From the NCBI GenBank assembly GCA_027485465.1, contig JAIXRA010000016.1, positions 6-64,005 on the forward strand: DNA of 64,000 nt, given 5' to 3'. Both the position numbers and the translations under genes were made by a program. Below the pieces are notes generated by a model that was given only the letters and a program-made list of their open reading frames with translations, did no database searches and was not told the DNA's origin. The stretch is from Bacteroidota bacterium (GTDB lineage Bacteria; Bacteroidota; Bacteroidia; UBA7662). Positions 53,714-63,348 of this stretch are shown one piece after another (the first letter of the stretch is position 1; each line of letters opens with the position of its first letter).

Positions 53714-54763
53714 TTATAACACAGGATCAGATGCTTGGTTTTGTTCCCAGGCCCAAGCGGTCCGCATCATGTCTTCGAGGCTGTATTGAATTTTCCAGCC
53801 CAAGTCACGGGCCGCTCGCTGGTTGTTCGCATATACGGCCACAACGTCCCCGGGTCTCCGTGGGCCAAAGTTCCAATTAAGATGCAGGTGGTTGACGGAT
53901 TCAAAAGCTTGAATCATTTCCAAGACGGTTTGTCCCACGCCGGTTCCCAAATTAAAGACAGACCAGGGTCCAGCAGGTGCTGCGTTTTGGTCCAGGTAAC
54001 GCACGGCATCAACATGTGCTTGTGCTATATCGCAAACGTGTATATAATCCCGAAGACATGTCCCGTCCCGGGTTGGATAGTCGTTGCCAAAGACGGTGAG
54101 CTGCTTCCGCAGTCCCATGGCCGTTTGCGTAATATAGGGCACTAGATTATCGGGAACACCGACGGTGCATTCCCCCAGACGCCCGGAGGGATGAGCCCCT
54201 ACCGGGTTAAAGTAGCGCAAGGCCACCACGCGTTGACCCGCGGTGCGGGCCGGTGTTCCGGAGAGGACCCAGTCACGGAGCAAAGCCTCGCCGACGGCCT
54301 TGGTACGCCCGTAGGGGGATTCGGTTTCGAGCAACGGAGAATCTTCGGTGACTTGGGTTTGTTCCGGATTTCCGTAAACGGTACAACTTGATGAGAAGAC
54401 CATGCCGGGTATTCCGTATTCTTCGCAGGCCTTCATCAAATTCATTTGCCCTACCAGGTTGTTTTGAAAGTAGAACAAAGGATGTTGGGTGGACTCACCC
54501 ACCGCCTTGAAGGCTGCAAAATGTATAACACAAGAAATATCGCCCTCTTGTTCCAAAACTTTGGCCAGCTCTTCCTTGCGGGTCAAGTCGGCCTGGTATT
54601 GATGGTAGTCTTTTTGGGCGATTTCTCGAATTCGATCCGCGATGGCTGGTTTGGAGCGGCTGTAGTTGTCTACGCCTACCACCTGATAACCTGCTTCAAG
54701 CAATGCTACGACCGTATGCGATCCGATATACCCGGTGCTTCCGGTCAACAAAACCTTGGGCAT
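53714..54763 (-). CDS. galE: UDP-glucose 4-epimerase
   Basis: GSTGYIGSH Rossmann motif, YxxxK, 349 aa. Confidence 0.88.
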   Translation of the reverse strand: MPKVLLTGSTGYIGSHTVVALLEAGYQVVGVDNYSRSKPAIADRIREIAQKDYHQYQADLTRKEELAKVLEQEGDISCVIHFAAFKAVGESTQHPLFYFQNNLVGQMNLMKACEEYGIPGMVFSSSCTVYGNPEQTQVTEDSPLLETESPYGRTKAVGEALLRDWVLSGTPARTAGQRVVALRYFNPVGAHPSGRLGECTVGVPDNLVPYITQTAMGLRKQLTVFGNDYPTRDGTCLRDYIHVCDIAQAHVDAVRYLDQNAAPAGPWSVFNLGTGVGQTVLEMIQAFESVNHLHLNWNFGPRRPGDVVAVYANNQRAARDLGWKIQYSLEDMMRTAWAWEQNQASDPVL

Positions 54764-54766
54764 GGT

Positions 54767-55636
54767 CTAGGAGCGCAATAGTTGGAGGAGGTATTGGCCA
54801 TAGCCGGATTTGATCAGGGGTTGGGCCACCGCCCGCAGTCCTTCATCATCGATAAAGCCCATGCGCCATGCGATTTCTTCGATACATCCAATTTTGAGTC
54901 CTTGACGCTCTTCAATGACTTGTACGAATTGTCCGGCTTGCATCAACGATGCAAAGGTGCCCGTATCCAACCAAGCAGTTCCACGGTCTAGGACCTGAAC
55001 CTTGAGACGTCCCTGGGCCAGGTAGTGCCGGTTGATATCCGTGATTTCGTATTCGCCCCGAGCGGATGGTTGCAGGTTCCGGGCAATTTCGACCACGTTT
55101 TCGTCGTAGAAATACAGACCCGGGACGGCGTAATTCGATTTGGGTTTGGCTGGTTTTTCTTCGATGCTGAGGGCCCTGCCTTCGGCATCAAATTCAACAA
55201 CCCCGTAACGCTCTGGATCGTTGACGTGGTATGCAAAAACCACCCCTCCATCGGGATCCGAATGCGAAGCCAATAATCGACTCAGTCCGGATCCGTAAAA
55301 AATATTATCGCCCAATACCAAGGCGGATTTGTTGTTACCAATAAAGTCCGCTCCCAAAACAAAGGCCTGCGCCAAACCATTGGGAACCTCTTGAACACAA
55401 TATTCAAAACGACATCCGATCCGCGACCCGTCCCCCAGCAATCTTTCGAAGGAGGGAAGGTCCTGGGGGGTTGAAATAATCAAAATTTCCCGGATTCCGG
55501 CCATCATCAAGACCGAAATGGGGTAGTACACCATGGGCTTGTCGTAGACCGGCATCAGCTGTTTGCTGGTAGCCAAGGTCAAAGGGTGCAAACGGGTTCC
55601 GGATCCACCGGCTAAAACAATACCTTTCATGATCAA
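54767..55636 (-). CDS. rfbA: Glucose-1-phosphate thymidylyltransferase
   Basis: [18 protein letters not shown].., 289 aa RmlA. Confidence 0.9.
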   Translation of the reverse strand: MIMKGIVLAGGSGTRLHPLTLATSKQLMPVYDKPMVYYPISVLMMAGIREILIISTPQDLPSFERLLGDGSRIGCRFEYCVQEVPNGLAQAFVLGADFIGNNKSALVLGDNIFYGSGLSRLLASHSDPDGGVVFAYHVNDPERYGVVEFDAEGRALSIEEKPAKPKSNYAVPGLYFYDENVVEIARNLQPSARGEYEITDINRHYLAQGRLKVQVLDRGTAWLDTGTFASLMQAGQFVQVIEERQGLKIGCIEEIAWRMGFIDDEGLRAVAQPLIKSGYGQYLLQLLRS

Positions 55637-56577
55637 GAAATAGGGTTACGTATTTGGTCAGCTAGGAGATAGAGGACGGCCATCCGCACAGCCACACCGT
55701 TTTCGACCTGCTGCAAAATCACGGAATGCGGTCCATCGGCCACATCGGATTGGAGTTCCACGCCGCGATTGATAGGCCCCGGGTGCATGATGACCAGAGG
55801 ATGGGAAAGCTTCTGGAGACGGGCCTTGTTGATCCCAAAATACAGAGCGTATTCCCGCAGGGAGGGGAGGTATCGAATGGCCTGTCTTTCGTGCTGAATG
55901 CGTAGAACATTGGCGACATCGCACCATTCAAGGGCTTCATCCAGCCGTTGCATGACAGGGAATCCCATATCTTCCAGATGGGGAGGCAACAACGTTGCCG
56001 GTCCGGTGACCCGTACCTCGGCCCCCAATTTGCGCAAACAAAAGAGATTGGACATGGCGACCCGCGAATGCAGAACATCCCCAACCATCAAGACTTTGAC
56101 ACCGCGTAGGCGTCCCATCTTTTGACGAATGGTGAAGGCATCCAAGAGGGCCTGGGTTGGGTGCTCGTGGGCCCCATCGCCGGCATTGATAATGCGGGCA
56201 TCGACCCGGTCTGCCAGGTAACGACAGGTACCGGCATGGGCATGTCGCACCACGAGCATATCGATTTTCATGGCGAGAATATTGCGGACCGTATCGCTCA
56301 GGGTTTCACCTTTGGATACGGAGCTCCCGCTACTCGAAAAATTTACGACATCGGCCGAAAGGCGTTTCTCGGCCAATTCAAAGGAGAGTCGGGTCCGGGT
56401 GGAGTTCTCAAAAAAAAGGTTTGCGATGGTCAAATCCCTTAGAGAGGGAACTTTGCGTACCGGGCGATAAAGGACCTCCAGAAATTGATCCGCGGTTTGC
56501 AAAATCAAATCCAGGTCGTTTTCGCTGAGGTCTTTGATGGCAATCAGGTGTCGGGTGCTGAGGGTTCCTGTTTTCAT
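55633..56577 (-). CDS. pyrB: Aspartate carbamoyltransferase catalytic subunit
   Basis: STRTR and HPxQ motifs; there is no adjacent pyrI. Confidence 0.92.
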   Translation of the reverse strand: MKTGTLSTRHLIAIKDLSENDLDLILQTADQFLEVLYRPVRKVPSLRDLTIANLFFENSTRTRLSFELAEKRLSADVVNFSSSGSSVSKGETLSDTVRNILAMKIDMLVVRHAHAGTCRYLADRVDARIINAGDGAHEHPTQALLDAFTIRQKMGRLRGVKVLMVGDVLHSRVAMSNLFCLRKLGAEVRVTGPATLLPPHLEDMGFPVMQRLDEALEWCDVANVLRIQHERQAIRYLPSLREYALYFGINKARLQKLSHPLVIMHPGPINRGVELQSDVADGPHSVILQQVENGVAVRMAVLYLLADQIRNPIS

Positions 56578-57143
56578 CCAGCGGAGGGTGTTTGAGAGGC
56601 CTCAAAAGTTTCGATCCACACGAAATCACGCCCCGATTCTTCCATCCATTCCACGTGGATGCGTTGGTTGGGCATGGTATTGACTTTGCGCCCGCAGTAA
56701 TCAGGCCGAATCGGAAATTCCTGGCTGTAAAGTCGATGCAGGAGTACCATCAGCTCCACTTTGGCCGGGCGGCCAAAATCCAGCAAGGCATCCAAACCTG
56801 AACGCAGCGTCCGACCCGTGAAAAGAACATCGTCAATGAGCACAACGGACTTTCCTTCGATGGAAAAATCAATGCGGGTATCCGAGGGAAGAAGGGGGGC
56901 TTCGCGGCGGCGAAAATCATCCCGGTGAAATGTAACATCAAGTAAACCAAGTGGAACGGCTGTTCCCGTTTTGGCTTCGAGGATTCCGTGAATGCGGCGG
57001 GCCAGGAGGGTTCCCCGCGGTTGAAGCCCAATCAATACGCTGTTCTCAAAGCGATGATGGGTTTCGATTAATTCCTGACTGAGTCGATCCAACATCAGGC
57101 TCAACTGTACGGGATCGAGTAGGTTTTGGCGTCCTGGAGTCAT
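56574..57143 (-). CDS. pyrR: Bifunctional pyrimidine operon regulator / uracil phosphoribosyltransferase PyrR
   Basis: PRTase motif VVLIDDVLFTGRT, ~180 aa. It overlaps the pyrB start by 4 nt. Confidence 0.9.
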   Translation of the reverse strand: MTPGRQNLLDPVQLSLMLDRLSQELIETHHRFENSVLIGLQPRGTLLARRIHGILEAKTGTAVPLGLLDVTFHRDDFRRREAPLLPSDTRIDFSIEGKSVVLIDDVLFTGRTLRSGLDALLDFGRPAKVELMVLLHRLYSQEFPIRPDYCGRKVNTMPNQRIHVEWMEESGRDFVWIETFEASQTPSAG

Positions 57144-57144
57144 C

Positions 57145-57564
57145 TTAGAGGGCGGGCCGCTGAGCGTGTGCTAAGATAGTATCAAAATGAGCCTTGCTCA
57201 AGGGAACAACCGACAAGCGGGTATGGGTTAACAGGGGCAATCCACGCAGGGCCGGATCGCTTTTCATTTCCTGCAAGGTAACGGGTCTTTGGAGGGCTTG
57301 GAAGGGGCGGACTTTGACCGCTACCCAGGGCTCATCCGGGCCCGCGGTGGGGTCCGGAAAGGAGGCTGAATCGATCTCCATGATGCCTACCACCGCTTTT
57401 TGGGTCACGCTATGATAAAAAAGCGCTTGATCGCCCTTTTGCATGGCTTTGAGATTCAGTTTGGCCTGGTGATTGCGTACCCCATCCCAGGTTCCTACTT
57501 TTTCCCGGCATAAATCATCCCACGCGTAGGTTTCGGGTTCCGATTTGAGTAACCAATAAGCCAA
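57145..57564 (-). CDS. EVE (PUA-like) domain protein
   Basis: MAYWLLKSEPETYAWDDL.. is a canonical EVE-domain N-terminus, 139 aa. Its stop lies 2 nt before the pyrR start. Confidence 0.75.
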   Translation of the reverse strand: MAYWLLKSEPETYAWDDLCREKVGTWDGVRNHQAKLNLKAMQKGDQALFYHSVTQKAVVGIMEIDSASFPDPTAGPDEPWVAVKVRPFQALQRPVTLQEMKSDPALRGLPLLTHTRLSVVPLSKAHFDTILAHAQRPAL

Positions 57565-57615
57565 GGAGAGATTTTCAGGATTTTGAATCCTAAATTTAAG
57601 GCATAATCCGCGCCC

Positions 57616-57852
57616 ATGCCTCGTTCAACCCCCAAGGAATCCGTGAACGCCCCCGATGCGGGCGGCCCAGGTGCCTTCTCGCAACGCATGAACCGCGCAC
57701 GGCATTGGGTTGAACAGATGGAAAGGCAGACCGAGGACCTGGACCAGGCCATGGAGGCGTATCGTCAGGCCATGGAGGACTTGGATTGGTGCAGGGAATA
57801 CCTGCGCAAGGCTCGTTTGCAGGTGGAGGCCTTGGTCAAAAGCCCGGATTAA
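57616..57852 (+). CDS. xseB: Small helical protein, exodeoxyribonuclease VII small subunit (XseB)-like
   Basis: 78 aa. The segment QMERQTEDLDQAMEAYRQAMEDLDWCREYLRKARLQVEAL aligns to the XseB pattern LE.G.LPLEESL.LYEEG..L...C...L..AE..V. No xseA is adjacent. Confidence 0.4.
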   Translation: MPRSTPKESVNAPDAGGPGAFSQRMNRARHWVEQMERQTEDLDQAMEAYRQAMEDLDWCREYLRKARLQVEALVKSPD

Positions 57853-59417
57853 AGGGGCAAGGAGGCCGGCTGAATATCTTGGACAAAGGCCAACCAGGAT
57901 TCGGCGTATTTGCCTTTGAGAACCCGAGGAAATTTATTTTGACCCCCCATTTTGTTAAGGGTATTCATCCATTGCAGGGGTACTTCTTCGGAGAGGATGA
58001 CAATTTCCATGATACGCAAGGCATGCCGTCTTTCCACATCGTAGTCGTCGTTCAAACCCCGAAGAATGGCATCTAATTTGAGCAGCAGGTCCACTTGCCT
58101 TTCCCGCGCTTGGGCGACTTGTTCCTTGGCTACCGACAAATACCAACGATGCCCGTAGCCACCGTTCGTTGACAACCCCATGACGGCGCATTCTCCCAAT
58201 GTAAGGTCTTCATCATGAGCTAGTTTGAGACATCCTTCGTTGATGTTTTCCATCGAAAGATGCTCTCCACATAGGCTCAAAAAATGTTTAATCCGGCCGG
58301 TGATTTTAATTTCGATATTTTGCAAACACTCAAAGCGAATCGTATCGCCAATCAAATATCGCCAGGCCCCGGAGCAGGTGGTAATCAAGAGAGCGTAATC
58401 CTTGTGGGCCTCCACTCGATCAAGGGGAATCGCTTGGGCCTGCGGTCGGACCTGTCCGTCCTCGTCAAAATGATCTTCGTCAAAGGGAATGAATTCGTAA
58501 TAAATTCCGTTGTTAAGACTGAGGCGCATGCCTTTTCGTTCCGGAGCAATCCGGGTATCGTAAGCCAGGAATCCTTCGGAGGCCAGATACGTCTCGATGT
58601 AGGATAAGGGCCGGGCACAAATCCGCTCAAAAGCAGGGAGGTAGGGATCCATTGCCACACCACCGTATGCAAAAACCTGCAAATTGGGCCAGATATCATG
58701 GATGGTACGGACCCCGTGATGTTGAATAATTCGTTCAAACAAGAGTTGCACCCAGGATGGAATCCCGGAAACCACCCAGATATCCCAATTTTTGGCCTGC
58801 AAAGCAATTTCTTCAATTTTTTGGTCCCAATCTCGAATTCTTGAAATGCGATCCCCGGGTTTAAAAAAGGGGGTGAACCACAAAGGAATTTTGGAAGTGT
58901 TGATGCCGCTGAGGTCACCGAAATAATAATGACCCGAGTGTTGGAGGTTGGCCGAACCTCCCAACATCAAAATTCCTTTTTCAAAGAGTTCGCTTGGGAA
59001 ATTAAAGCGGGACAAAATCAGCATCTGCTTGATCGACGTGCGACGCATGGATTTGATCATGTCCCCCGATACCGGAATGTATTTGCTGGCGGCCTCCGAG
59101 GTCCCGCTGCTCAGGGCGAAATACTTGATTTTGCCAGGCCAAGTGATGTTGGACTTGCCTTCGTGATACCGCTTCCACCAACGTTCGTTGATGGCGTTGT
59201 AATCATGAATGGGCACGCGTCGGCTAAACTCATCCAGCATGTGGCCGGAATCCAATATGGAAGAGAAACCGTAATAACGACCGATATCCGTCTGCCGGGC
59301 CTTGCGAAGCAAGCGGGCCAGGACCAACTTTTGTTGGAGTCTGGGGCTTAATATATTGAATTGAAGGGCCTTCCCTGCTTGAAGGGTGCGTTTGAAGAGG
59401 GTCCCAAGTAGTGCCAT
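57849..59417 (-). CDS. GH3 (auxin-responsive promoter) family acyl-acid amido synthetase-like adenylating enzyme
   Basis: Adenylation motif ALSSGTSEAASKYIP and ~520-aa length are typical of bacterial GH3 proteins. Confidence 0.65.
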   Translation of the reverse strand: MALLGTLFKRTLQAGKALQFNILSPRLQQKLVLARLLRKARQTDIGRYYGFSSILDSGHMLDEFSRRVPIHDYNAINERWWKRYHEGKSNITWPGKIKYFALSSGTSEAASKYIPVSGDMIKSMRRTSIKQMLILSRFNFPSELFEKGILMLGGSANLQHSGHYYFGDLSGINTSKIPLWFTPFFKPGDRISRIRDWDQKIEEIALQAKNWDIWVVSGIPSWVQLLFERIIQHHGVRTIHDIWPNLQVFAYGGVAMDPYLPAFERICARPLSYIETYLASEGFLAYDTRIAPERKGMRLSLNNGIYYEFIPFDEDHFDEDGQVRPQAQAIPLDRVEAHKDYALLITTCSGAWRYLIGDTIRFECLQNIEIKITGRIKHFLSLCGEHLSMENINEGCLKLAHDEDLTLGECAVMGLSTNGGYGHRWYLSVAKEQVAQARERQVDLLLKLDAILRGLNDDYDVERRHALRIMEIVILSEEVPLQWMNTLNKMGGQNKFPRVLKGKYAESWLAFVQDIQPASLPL

Positions 59418-59420
59418 CGT

Positions 59421-60074
59421 TTAGGGTATAAAGGAGTCTGTTGTCCAGGATTCTGGATGGGTTCGCCAAGCTTCCAGCGAGGTGAGGGCATCCGAAGAGA
59501 GGTAGCCCTGTTCAACGGCTGCTTCCAAGAGGTCGGAATAGGAGCAAAGGCTGATGGAACGAAAACCGGCCTCCTTAAAGCGCTCGTCGGCGATGGGAAA
59601 ACCATACGTAAAAACGCTCATAACACACAAAACATCCAGGCCCTCACTGCGCAATGTTTCGGCCGCTTGCAGGGAACTCTGTCCAGTGGAAATTAAATCT
59701 TCGATGAGGACGGTTCGGGACCCCGGTTCGGCTCGGCCTTCAACGAGGCTGCGGGTACCGTGCTCCTTGGCTTTGGCGCGAACGTACGCAAAAGGCAGAC
59801 CCAATTGTTCGGCCACCAGGACCCCTTGGGGAATGCCAGCGGTGGCTACTCCGGTGATCAAATCACAGCGACCGAAGGAGGCCGTTATTCGATCGGCCAA
59901 TTGCTGCCGGATGAACGTACGGTATTTGGGATAGGATAAGGTGATCCGGTTATCGCAATAGATGGGCGATAACCAACCCGAGGCCCACCGAAACGGTTGG
60001 GAAGGTGAAAACTTCACAGCTTTGGTTTCTAACAATATCTTCGCAACGGCCAAAGCGGTTTCTTTCATTTCCAT
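59421..60074 (-). CDS. pyrE: Orotate phosphoribosyltransferase
   Basis: PRPP-binding motif VLIEDLISTGQS, 217 aa. Confidence 0.9.
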   Translation of the reverse strand: MEMKETALAVAKILLETKAVKFSPSQPFRWASGWLSPIYCDNRITLSYPKYRTFIRQQLADRITASFGRCDLITGVATAGIPQGVLVAEQLGLPFAYVRAKAKEHGTRSLVEGRAEPGSRTVLIEDLISTGQSSLQAAETLRSEGLDVLCVMSVFTYGFPIADERFKEAGFRSISLCSYSDLLEAAVEQGYLSSDALTSLEAWRTHPESWTTDSFIP

Positions 60075-60729
60075 GACTCAAAATTACTTGTTTTTTTGCC
60101 AGGACGTTCCTTTTGAACTTCGAAGCCCCCGACCTGGAGAGTCGGTACAGGGGGTTGAGGAGGTCTGGAATAGGATCCAAAGCATCTTGTACAGCCAAGA
60201 AAAAACCAGCCAATCTCCGGGTTTTTGGGCTGCCCGCGATGTGGTTACAGAGGATCAAGACCGAATGTGGGCCGACTTGATGCAGCGATGTTGGTTGTTG
60301 GAGGCCGGTGGGGGGCTGATTTTTAGTGAAGATCAAATGTTATGGATTCTTCGACACGGTCGATGGGATCTGCCCAAGGGCAAAGCCGAGCCCGGCGAAA
60401 CCATGCTGGAAACGGCTATCAGGGAATGTGTTGAAGAGTGCGGTTTGGTTGATTTAACCCCGTTGGATTCCTATAAAAAATTGGAAACCAATCATTTGTA
60501 TCTATACAAAGGCCAAGTCGCTTGGAAGCGGAGCCATTGGTTCACCATGACCTGTCCGAAGGACCGCAATCAGCGGCTCCAACCCCAAATCGAAGAAGGC
60601 ATCACCGAGGTCCGTTGGATGTCACCCGAGGAGGTGCAATCGGTTGCCTTGCCAGGGACCTACCCATCGGTACGTAGCCTGCTGCAAGGGGCCGGCCCCG
60701 AATACCTCAAAGGTTTGGGTCGGATTTGA
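60073..60729 (+). CDS. NUDIX hydrolase
   Basis: Nudix box GKAEPGETMLETAIRECVEECGL. The ATG at 60073 is chosen as start but a shorter form is possible. The ORF-track 5' extension overlaps pyrE. Confidence 0.65.
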   Translation: MTQNYLFFCQDVPFELRSPRPGESVQGVEEVWNRIQSILYSQEKTSQSPGFWAARDVVTEDQDRMWADLMQRCWLLEAGGGLIFSEDQMLWILRHGRWDLPKGKAEPGETMLETAIRECVEECGLVDLTPLDSYKKLETNHLYLYKGQVAWKRSHWFTMTCPKDRNQRLQPQIEEGITEVRWMSPEEVQSVALPGTYPSVRSLLQGAGPEYLKGLGRI

Positions 60730-61198
60730 GGGCCGAAATACCTCTGGCGACAACGGCGGGTACCAAGGGAGCAGGGTTGCCACCGTGCAATACGATATCG
60801 CGAACTACGGAGGAAGAAACCGCCTGCAATCCTGGGTCGCAGACCAAAAAAAACGTCTCAACCCCAAAAAGATCCCGGTTTAATTGAGCAATGCTCTTTT
60901 CGCTCTCGAAATCGAGGGTGTTGCGCAGGCCCCGAACAATGAAAGAGGCTCCGATTTCCTGACAAAAACGAGCCGTCAAATCTTCGTAGGTCAAGACCTG
61001 AATGCGACTATCTCCAGCCAGCAATTCCTGCAACCAACGCAATCGGGTGGTTAAGTCAAAGAGGTATTTTTTGTCGCTATTGTGTCCAACGGCGACCACC
61101 ATTCGATCAAAATGCACGAGGGAACGCTGAATGAGGTCCAAATGCCCCAGGGTAATGGGGTCAAAGGACCCGGGAAACAAGGCGGTGCGAGGGCTCAT
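60707..61198 (-). CDS. coaD: Phosphopantetheine adenylyltransferase
   Basis: FPGSFDPITLGH (T/HxGH nucleotidyltransferase motif), 163 aa. Confidence 0.92.
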   Translation of the reverse strand: MSPRTALFPGSFDPITLGHLDLIQRSLVHFDRMVVAVGHNSDKKYLFDLTTRLRWLQELLAGDSRIQVLTYEDLTARFCQEIGASFIVRGLRNTLDFESEKSIAQLNRDLFGVETFFLVCDPGLQAVSSSVVRDIVLHGGNPAPLVPAVVARGISALKSDPNL

Positions 61199-61258
61199 GG
61201 TCGGAGGGTGGGGCTGGGGGGAACTTAGTTTCAGGAGGGTGGTCTCCTTCTTGGTAGG

Positions 61259-61816
61259 CTATTCGTTCTCAAAAATACAAAAACGGCTGAGACCGTAGGT
61301 TAGTTCATGCTGTGCCTGGTGGCGAAGGCTAAAGCGTCGGTAAGTGATGGCATGCTCAACAACGAGCAATCCCCCAGAAATCAACAATCCCCCGTCCAAA
61401 ATGCGCTCAACCAATCCCTCTTGGCGGGCATCGCCGTAGGGTGGGTCGGCCAAAATCAATCCAAAAGGCTGCCCTCCCAAGCTGGACAAGGAGAGGGGCC
61501 GGTCATTGGGTGTGAGAAGGTCCGCATGAACGACGCTCCAACGCGGGTCGCTTGAACGATCGCGCAGGCTGTTCAGATGCCGAAGAGCCGCTGGATGCCG
61601 GTCCACACTCATCAATCGACGGGCACCCCGGTTCAGACAGGCCAAACCCAGGCTGCCTGTGCCCGCAAAAAGGTCCAGTACATCGGTTTCTTTCCAATCC
61701 AATCGCGTATTCAAGTGATTAACGAGGCCCGATACTGCTTTGGCCGTTGTGGGCCGTACCACCCATTCGTTGGACTTGGCGCCGAGGAGGGATTGTCTTC
61801 GGCCTTTTTCCTTCAT
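61259..61816 (-). CDS. rsmD: 16S rRNA (guanine966-N2)-methyltransferase RsmD
   Basis: DPPY catalytic motif, SAM-binding DLFAGTGSLG, and conserved rsmD-coaD adjacency. Start taken at MKEKG, where ATGA overlaps the upstream stop. Confidence 0.85.
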   Translation of the reverse strand: MKEKGRRQSLLGAKSNEWVVRPTTAKAVSGLVNHLNTRLDWKETDVLDLFAGTGSLGLACLNRGARRLMSVDRHPAALRHLNSLRDRSSDPRWSVVHADLLTPNDRPLSLSSLGGQPFGLILADPPYGDARQEGLVERILDGGLLISGGLLVVEHAITYRRFSLRHQAQHELTYGLSRFCIFENE

Positions 61817-62703
61817 TCGCAGGCCGCCTGCCATAGACGCAGGCCTTCTTGGAGGCATTCAAGTCGGTTGATTGCACCGTCCTGCGCACCCTCGATCCCC
61901 ACCGCAAAAACTTGTTCAAAAGCGCCCTCCAAGGCTGCGCGCAATTCGGGGTCCTCGGTTATGGAGCCCGCAAAATGCAAAACGCTCGCCCCGTGTTCTT
62001 CTTTTTGACGCAGCAGGTGAAAGAGAATGTCATGCGAATGGCTGATGAGGTAGCGGCCGTGATGGCAAAGTTTATGGGGTTCCATGACCCAGATGGAGGC
62101 ATCCCGCTGACCGATGAGAAGGGTGATTTGACGGGTTTTGGAATCCGATGCAGCGATTCGATGCTGCCAAAAAGCCGTCCAAAGGACCGAGGAACTGTAC
62201 ACGGGTCCCAAGGTCGGGTTCTGGGCCAAAGCATGGTGCCAGGGTTGGGGCAAGGCAAAGATCTGAACCGCCTGAAAGGCCGGCCACGCCTGCCAGCCAA
62301 GAGCCTCTCCGCCGAGTGGACCGCAAACCGATTCAAAGAGGGGCCGAAGACCCGGTGTACTGTCAGGATCCTGGACCAAGCCTCTACGCCCGCTTCCCCA
62401 ACCCCATTCAGAAACCAAACCGAGGGGCATCCAGGTGCTGCGAGGAAAATCTGCGACCCAAGCCTCCCAACGAGGTCTTTTTTGAATCAAAGCATCGAAA
62501 TAGGCCAAGGCCTGATCAGGGCGGGCGGTATCCCGCTCTGGGAGCACCGCTTCGGTTTCTGAGGACCGATAAGCGCGGAGTGATTCAGGTAGAAGGAGAC
62601 CCTGAGGGGGTAATTCCAAGCGTTGCCAAGGGGGACCGGCGTACAATTCGTCATCCAGCTCCAGTAAGCAGGGATTCGGAAAGGTTTGAAGGTGTTCCGT
62701 CAA
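61813..62703 (-). CDS. Hypothetical protein (possibly DUF3822-like; often found upstream of rsmD in Bacteroidota)
   Basis: 296-aa ORF with coding-like composition and a translationally coupled stop/start with rsmD. I recognise no catalytic motif. Confidence 0.5.
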   Translation of the reverse strand: MTEHLQTFPNPCLLELDDELYAGPPWQRLELPPQGLLLPESLRAYRSSETEAVLPERDTARPDQALAYFDALIQKRPRWEAWVADFPRSTWMPLGLVSEWGWGSGRRGLVQDPDSTPGLRPLFESVCGPLGGEALGWQAWPAFQAVQIFALPQPWHHALAQNPTLGPVYSSSVLWTAFWQHRIAASDSKTRQITLLIGQRDASIWVMEPHKLCHHGRYLISHSHDILFHLLRQKEEHGASVLHFAGSITEDPELRAALEGAFEQVFAVGIEGAQDGAINRLECLQEGLRLWQAACE

Positions 62704-62715
62704 CCAAAAAAGGGC

Positions 62716-63252
62716 TTATTCCCAGTTACCGCTCAAATTCGCGTCGACCATGGAGCCGACCCGGAGGACTTTGCGGGTGTCGAAGGGAGCTGAATCTTCC
62801 ACCTCAAAAACGTTGAGCTCCAGGTTGCTTTTTTTGACTTTGCCGGCCCGCAGGATGAATCGTGCCGTATCGGCATAGGGAACATAAGGCAAGGAGTCGA
62901 TAGGGTAATTCTTGAAAAGCGAGTCGGCTACTGAAATCAAGATGGTTTCGTAGCGAATCCCACGACGGATATCCGCCGAATCATCGGGGTTACCGATGAC
63001 TTTGGTGATTTTCATTTTCCCGTTCTTGGTGTATTGAAGGAGTTTTTCCCACGTATCTGCGAACTCGCCGTTGTTTTCACGGTAGGTAACCTGGGCGGTT
63101 CGAATTTGCTTCAGTCGTTCAATGACGGCTGCGTAGCGACGGTCCCGCTCCTTTTCGAAACGCAAAGGTTTGGCCACGGTTTCGATGGTTTCGTAGGTGA
63201 GCCAAACAATCAGACCCAGGAGAACGAGTTTGAGGATGTTTTGGAGGTTCAT
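62716..63252 (-). CDS. Hypothetical membrane-anchored protein
   Basis: N-terminal signal anchor (ILKLVLLGLIVWLTY) plus a ~150-aa soluble domain with no recognised motifs. Confidence 0.5.
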   Translation of the reverse strand: MNLQNILKLVLLGLIVWLTYETIETVAKPLRFEKERDRRYAAVIERLKQIRTAQVTYRENNGEFADTWEKLLQYTKNGKMKITKVIGNPDDSADIRRGIRYETILISVADSLFKNYPIDSLPYVPYADTARFILRAGKVKKSNLELNVFEVEDSAPFDTRKVLRVGSMVDANLSGNWE

Positions 63253-63348
63253 AAAGCGGATTTGCCCTGCAATATTACCAACAACCCCTTGAATTAGGGT
63301 TTGTATTCATGTAAACATTTTGGTCGCCTTGGTGTTGAACTCTTGACC

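Noticed and set aside
57565-57615. Search for a PyrR-binding RNA box (UCCAGAGAGGCU-type) near pyrR
   Set aside because: Only a weak resemblance (CCAAGGAGAG plus a small AGGAUU/AAUCCU hairpin) was found. It is on the strand opposite to pyrR and upstream of the xseB-like ORF, so it is not a credible PyrR attenuator.
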